A stretch of DNA of 64,000 nt from Bdellovibrionota bacterium (GTDB lineage Bacteria > Bdellovibrionota_C > UBA2361 > OMII01). The stretch spans positions 4,660 to 68,659 of the forward strand of contig JBBAUR010000003.1 of the NCBI GenBank assembly GCA_040398075.1. Reading direction: 5' to 3'. The translations under genes and the position numbers were made by a program. Under the pieces are notes generated by a model. That model searched no databases. It was not told the origin of the DNA and was given only the letters and a program-made list of their open reading frames with translations. Each line of letters starts with the position of its first letter. The stretch's first letter is position 1. Below, piece by piece: positions 62,305-64,000 of the stretch.

Positions 62305-63183
62305 CTACCTATTCGCCGCGTCCTCAGGCACGAGCTTGCCATTCATTATTAAGAACACCTTCCCTTCGACAACTACCCGCCCTTCTGAAGTTATAGGGGC
62401 TGGACCCTTTGGGCCCTCTACGGACAGGAGACTGTCGATTAACACCGTTGTATTAGCCTCGCTCTCGATAGTATCCTCGTCACCTCGCAGCACCAGGCTC
62501 AATACTCCCGAACTTGATGCCAACTGCAACTTTGCCGCCTCATCAATTGAAACCATGATTGTTACTGTCGATGCTGGAGCGCTCTTCTCTCCCGAAGCTT
62601 GACTAGTGGTGCTCCGACCAGCCGACAGAACCTTTGCATTCTGGATGATAACCGATAGCGCTGGTTGCGCATTTACGGCTGATGCGAGCACAACATCGAC
62701 CTTGGCACCCGGCCGTGCCCACCCTTCTACACTGGTGGTGTTGTCCACTGATAATGCAACCGCTCTGTAGCCATCCGGGATATTTGCTTGAATCTGATTG
62801 ACCGGCTGTTTTGAGGTAACGTACTCAGCAACTATAGGCTGCGCCGCGGGCATGTAGGAAGCTGCATACACGCCACGGATCTCCTCGAATGTCTTCAGAG
62901 TGTTCGGTGCAAGAGAATTTGCGAGTCTGGACTCCTTTCGGAACATCGAAGGGTCGAGGGCAGTGCCTACCTCTATCTTCTCGATCGGTACTAACACGTC
63001 TACCAACTCGGAAGCTATAGAGGGCTTGGGCGCTTCTACCGAAGGCTGTGTTGGATTGATTCCGAGAACCGCATAAACCGACAAGGTCAGGATACACAGC
63101 ACCACTATCGCACCCAGCACAAGCGGCGCCGGTGCCGAGCGAGACCTAGAAAGCTGCTTGGATCCTGAAAGGCCTCTGACCAT
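62305..63183 (-). CDS. cpaB: Flp pilus assembly protein CpaB/RcpC-like (SAF domain)
   Basis: N-terminal TM anchor followed by periplasmic SAF/beta-rich domains typical of CpaB. Confidence 0.7.
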   Translation of the reverse strand: MVRGLSGSKQLSRSRSAPAPLVLGAIVVLCILTLSVYAVLGINPTQPSVEAPKPSIASELVDVLVPIEKIEVGTALDPSMFRKESRLANSLAPNTLKTFEEIRGVYAASYMPAAQPIVAEYVTSKQPVNQIQANIPDGYRAVALSVDNTTSVEGWARPGAKVDVVLASAVNAQPALSVIIQNAKVLSAGRSTTSQASGEKSAPASTVTIMVSIDEAAKLQLASSSGVLSLVLRGDEDTIESEANTTVLIDSLLSVEGPKGPAPITSEGRVVVEGKVFLIMNGKLVPEDAANR

Positions 63184-63280
63184 CGTCGTGCTTGCGGGAT
63201 CGACGATCCCTTATCCTCTCGGGTTAAAGTGTGGGAAGAGCGTGTATTGCGCGGCTTCGTAGCTTGCGCCCATTTTCCGA

Positions 63281-63457
63281 CTAGCCGCCGCCCAAGCGGT
63301 TACTGACAGCAGAGAACTGCTGAGAGACGGTGTTACCGAGAGCCCTAACCGCCACTATGGCTACAATCGCTATCAACGCCACTAAAAGGGCGTACTCGAC
63401 GAGCGACGCACCCTTCTCTTCCAGCGACTCAACTTGTTTTTTACCGGTAGCTAGCAT
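63281..63457 (-). CDS. flp: Flp-family pilin (second tandem copy; below ORF-track length cut-off)
   Basis: Hand-translated as 'MLATGKKQVESLEEKGASLVEYALLVALIAIVAIVAVRALGNTVSQQFSAVSNRLGGG'. It carries the Flp 'GASLVEYAL' motif and is near-identical to the flp at 63554..63739. Confidence 0.7.
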   Translation of the reverse strand: MLATGKKQVESLEEKGASLVEYALLVALIAIVAIVAVRALGNTVSQQFSAVSNRLGGG

Positions 63458-63506
63458 CTGTGGGCGACCTTTGTGGTGGTAAAGCTAACGTATGTCAGAT
63501 TAACTT

Positions 63507-63542
63507 GGCGTGAGAGATCACCCAAAGGAGCCCTCTCACGCC
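63507..63542 (-). other. Inter-pilin hairpin (10-bp perfect stem ggcgtgagag/ctctcacgcc, 16-nt loop) between the tandem flp genes
   Basis: Sits 13 nt after the flp1 stop. No U-tract, so it is a candidate partial terminator or mRNA-stabilising hairpin. Confidence 0.4.
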
Positions 63543-63553
63543 GTAACTAAATA

Positions 63554-63739
63554 TTAGCCGCCGCCCAGCACGTTGCTGAGTGCAGAGAATTGCTGCGAAA
63601 CAGTGTTACCCAGCAATCTGATAGCAGCTATAGCCACTACTGCGATGAGGGCAACCAGAAGGGCATACTCTACGAGCGAAGCACCTTTCTCGGGCGACTC
63701 TTGCTCGTTGTCGAGTTTAACATCTATTTCCTCGTTCAT
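63554..63739 (-). CDS. flp: Flp-family pilin (first copy)
   Basis: '...EKGASLVEYALLVALIAVVAIAAIRLLGNTVSQQF' has the Flp G/XXXXEY processing motif. RBS AAGGAG-N6-ATG. Confidence 0.8.
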   Translation of the reverse strand: MNEEIDVKLDNEQESPEKGASLVEYALLVALIAVVAIAAIRLLGNTVSQQFSALSNVLGGG

Positions 63740-63791
63740 TTAGGCTCCTTTACACATTGATTAACCAGGATGAGTAGCCTCACTGCTATTA

Positions 63792-63800
63792 GGGGGGGGG
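63792..63800. repeat. G9/C9 homopolymeric tract in the flp promoter region
   Basis: Nine consecutive G, about 53 bp upstream of the flp start, immediately 5' of a TAATAG -10-like hexamer on the coding strand. Confidence 0.6.
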
Positions 63801-64000
63801 CGACCCCACAGACCCTCATTCGCCGAAGCTATCATCAAATTTATCGGAACATACCGCCCTGGACTAAACGGATATTTCTAAAAGACGCTTATTAATCCAA
63901 CTGCGATTCGTCAATTAGAGGACCGCTTCTCCTCGGTGGACGACCAAAGCAGCTGCGAACACTAGTGTAGTGAACATAAACTGCCCCGTATCTCTTGTTA

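Noticed and set aside
1-64000. CRISPR arrays, rRNA, IS/transposase or prophage genes
   Set aside because: No regularly spaced direct repeats, no rRNA-like conserved stretches and no transposase or integrase ORFs were found.

Overview
This is a chromosomal window from a motile, pilus-bearing Gram-negative bacterium with roughly balanced to moderately high GC. The organism is not identified. Gene content (two PilT-family ATPases, Flp/Tad genes, scattered flagellar genes, a secreted NucA nuclease) is compatible with a deltaproteobacterial or Bdellovibrio-like lineage, but that is a guess. Housekeeping content includes tig-clpP-clpX-lon with a lon terminator, mfd, pilT plus a pilU-like paralog, class I fumarase, rpe-plsY, a flagellar motor cluster (unknown ORF, motA, motB, cheY-like), mltA, pepT, nfeD plus an SPFH protein, a NUDIX hydrolase, an MFS transporter and an AI-2E transporter. 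tRNA-Val(TAC) and tRNA-Leu(TAG) are present. Accessory or unusual content includes a second clpX paralog, an orphan Dam methyltransferase directly next to tRNA-Val, a SpoVG homolog carrying an inserted CxxC-CxxC zinc ribbon behind a palindromic operator-like site, a secreted DRGH nuclease followed by an unusual 580-aa multi-HTH basic protein, a 24-Cys secreted protein behind a 1.1-kb non-coding region holding a perfect 26-bp inverted repeat, three GT-C-like membrane glycosyltransferase candidates, and several families of short dispersed intergenic repeats. The most unusual locus is at the right end. It is a compact Flp/Tad-like operon (two tandem flp pilins, cpaB, cpaF, tadB, tadC) with no secretin or tadZ between cpaB and cpaF. 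It runs directly, with 7-bp and 23-bp gene spacing, into a full-length FlhA/SctV (FHIPEP) homolog, then a kinase-fold protein with degenerate catalytic motifs and HEAT-like repeats, then a thioredoxin-like CxxS lipoprotein. A G9 homopolymer lies in the flp promoter region. No CRISPR array, rRNA or obvious prophage or IS element was seen.
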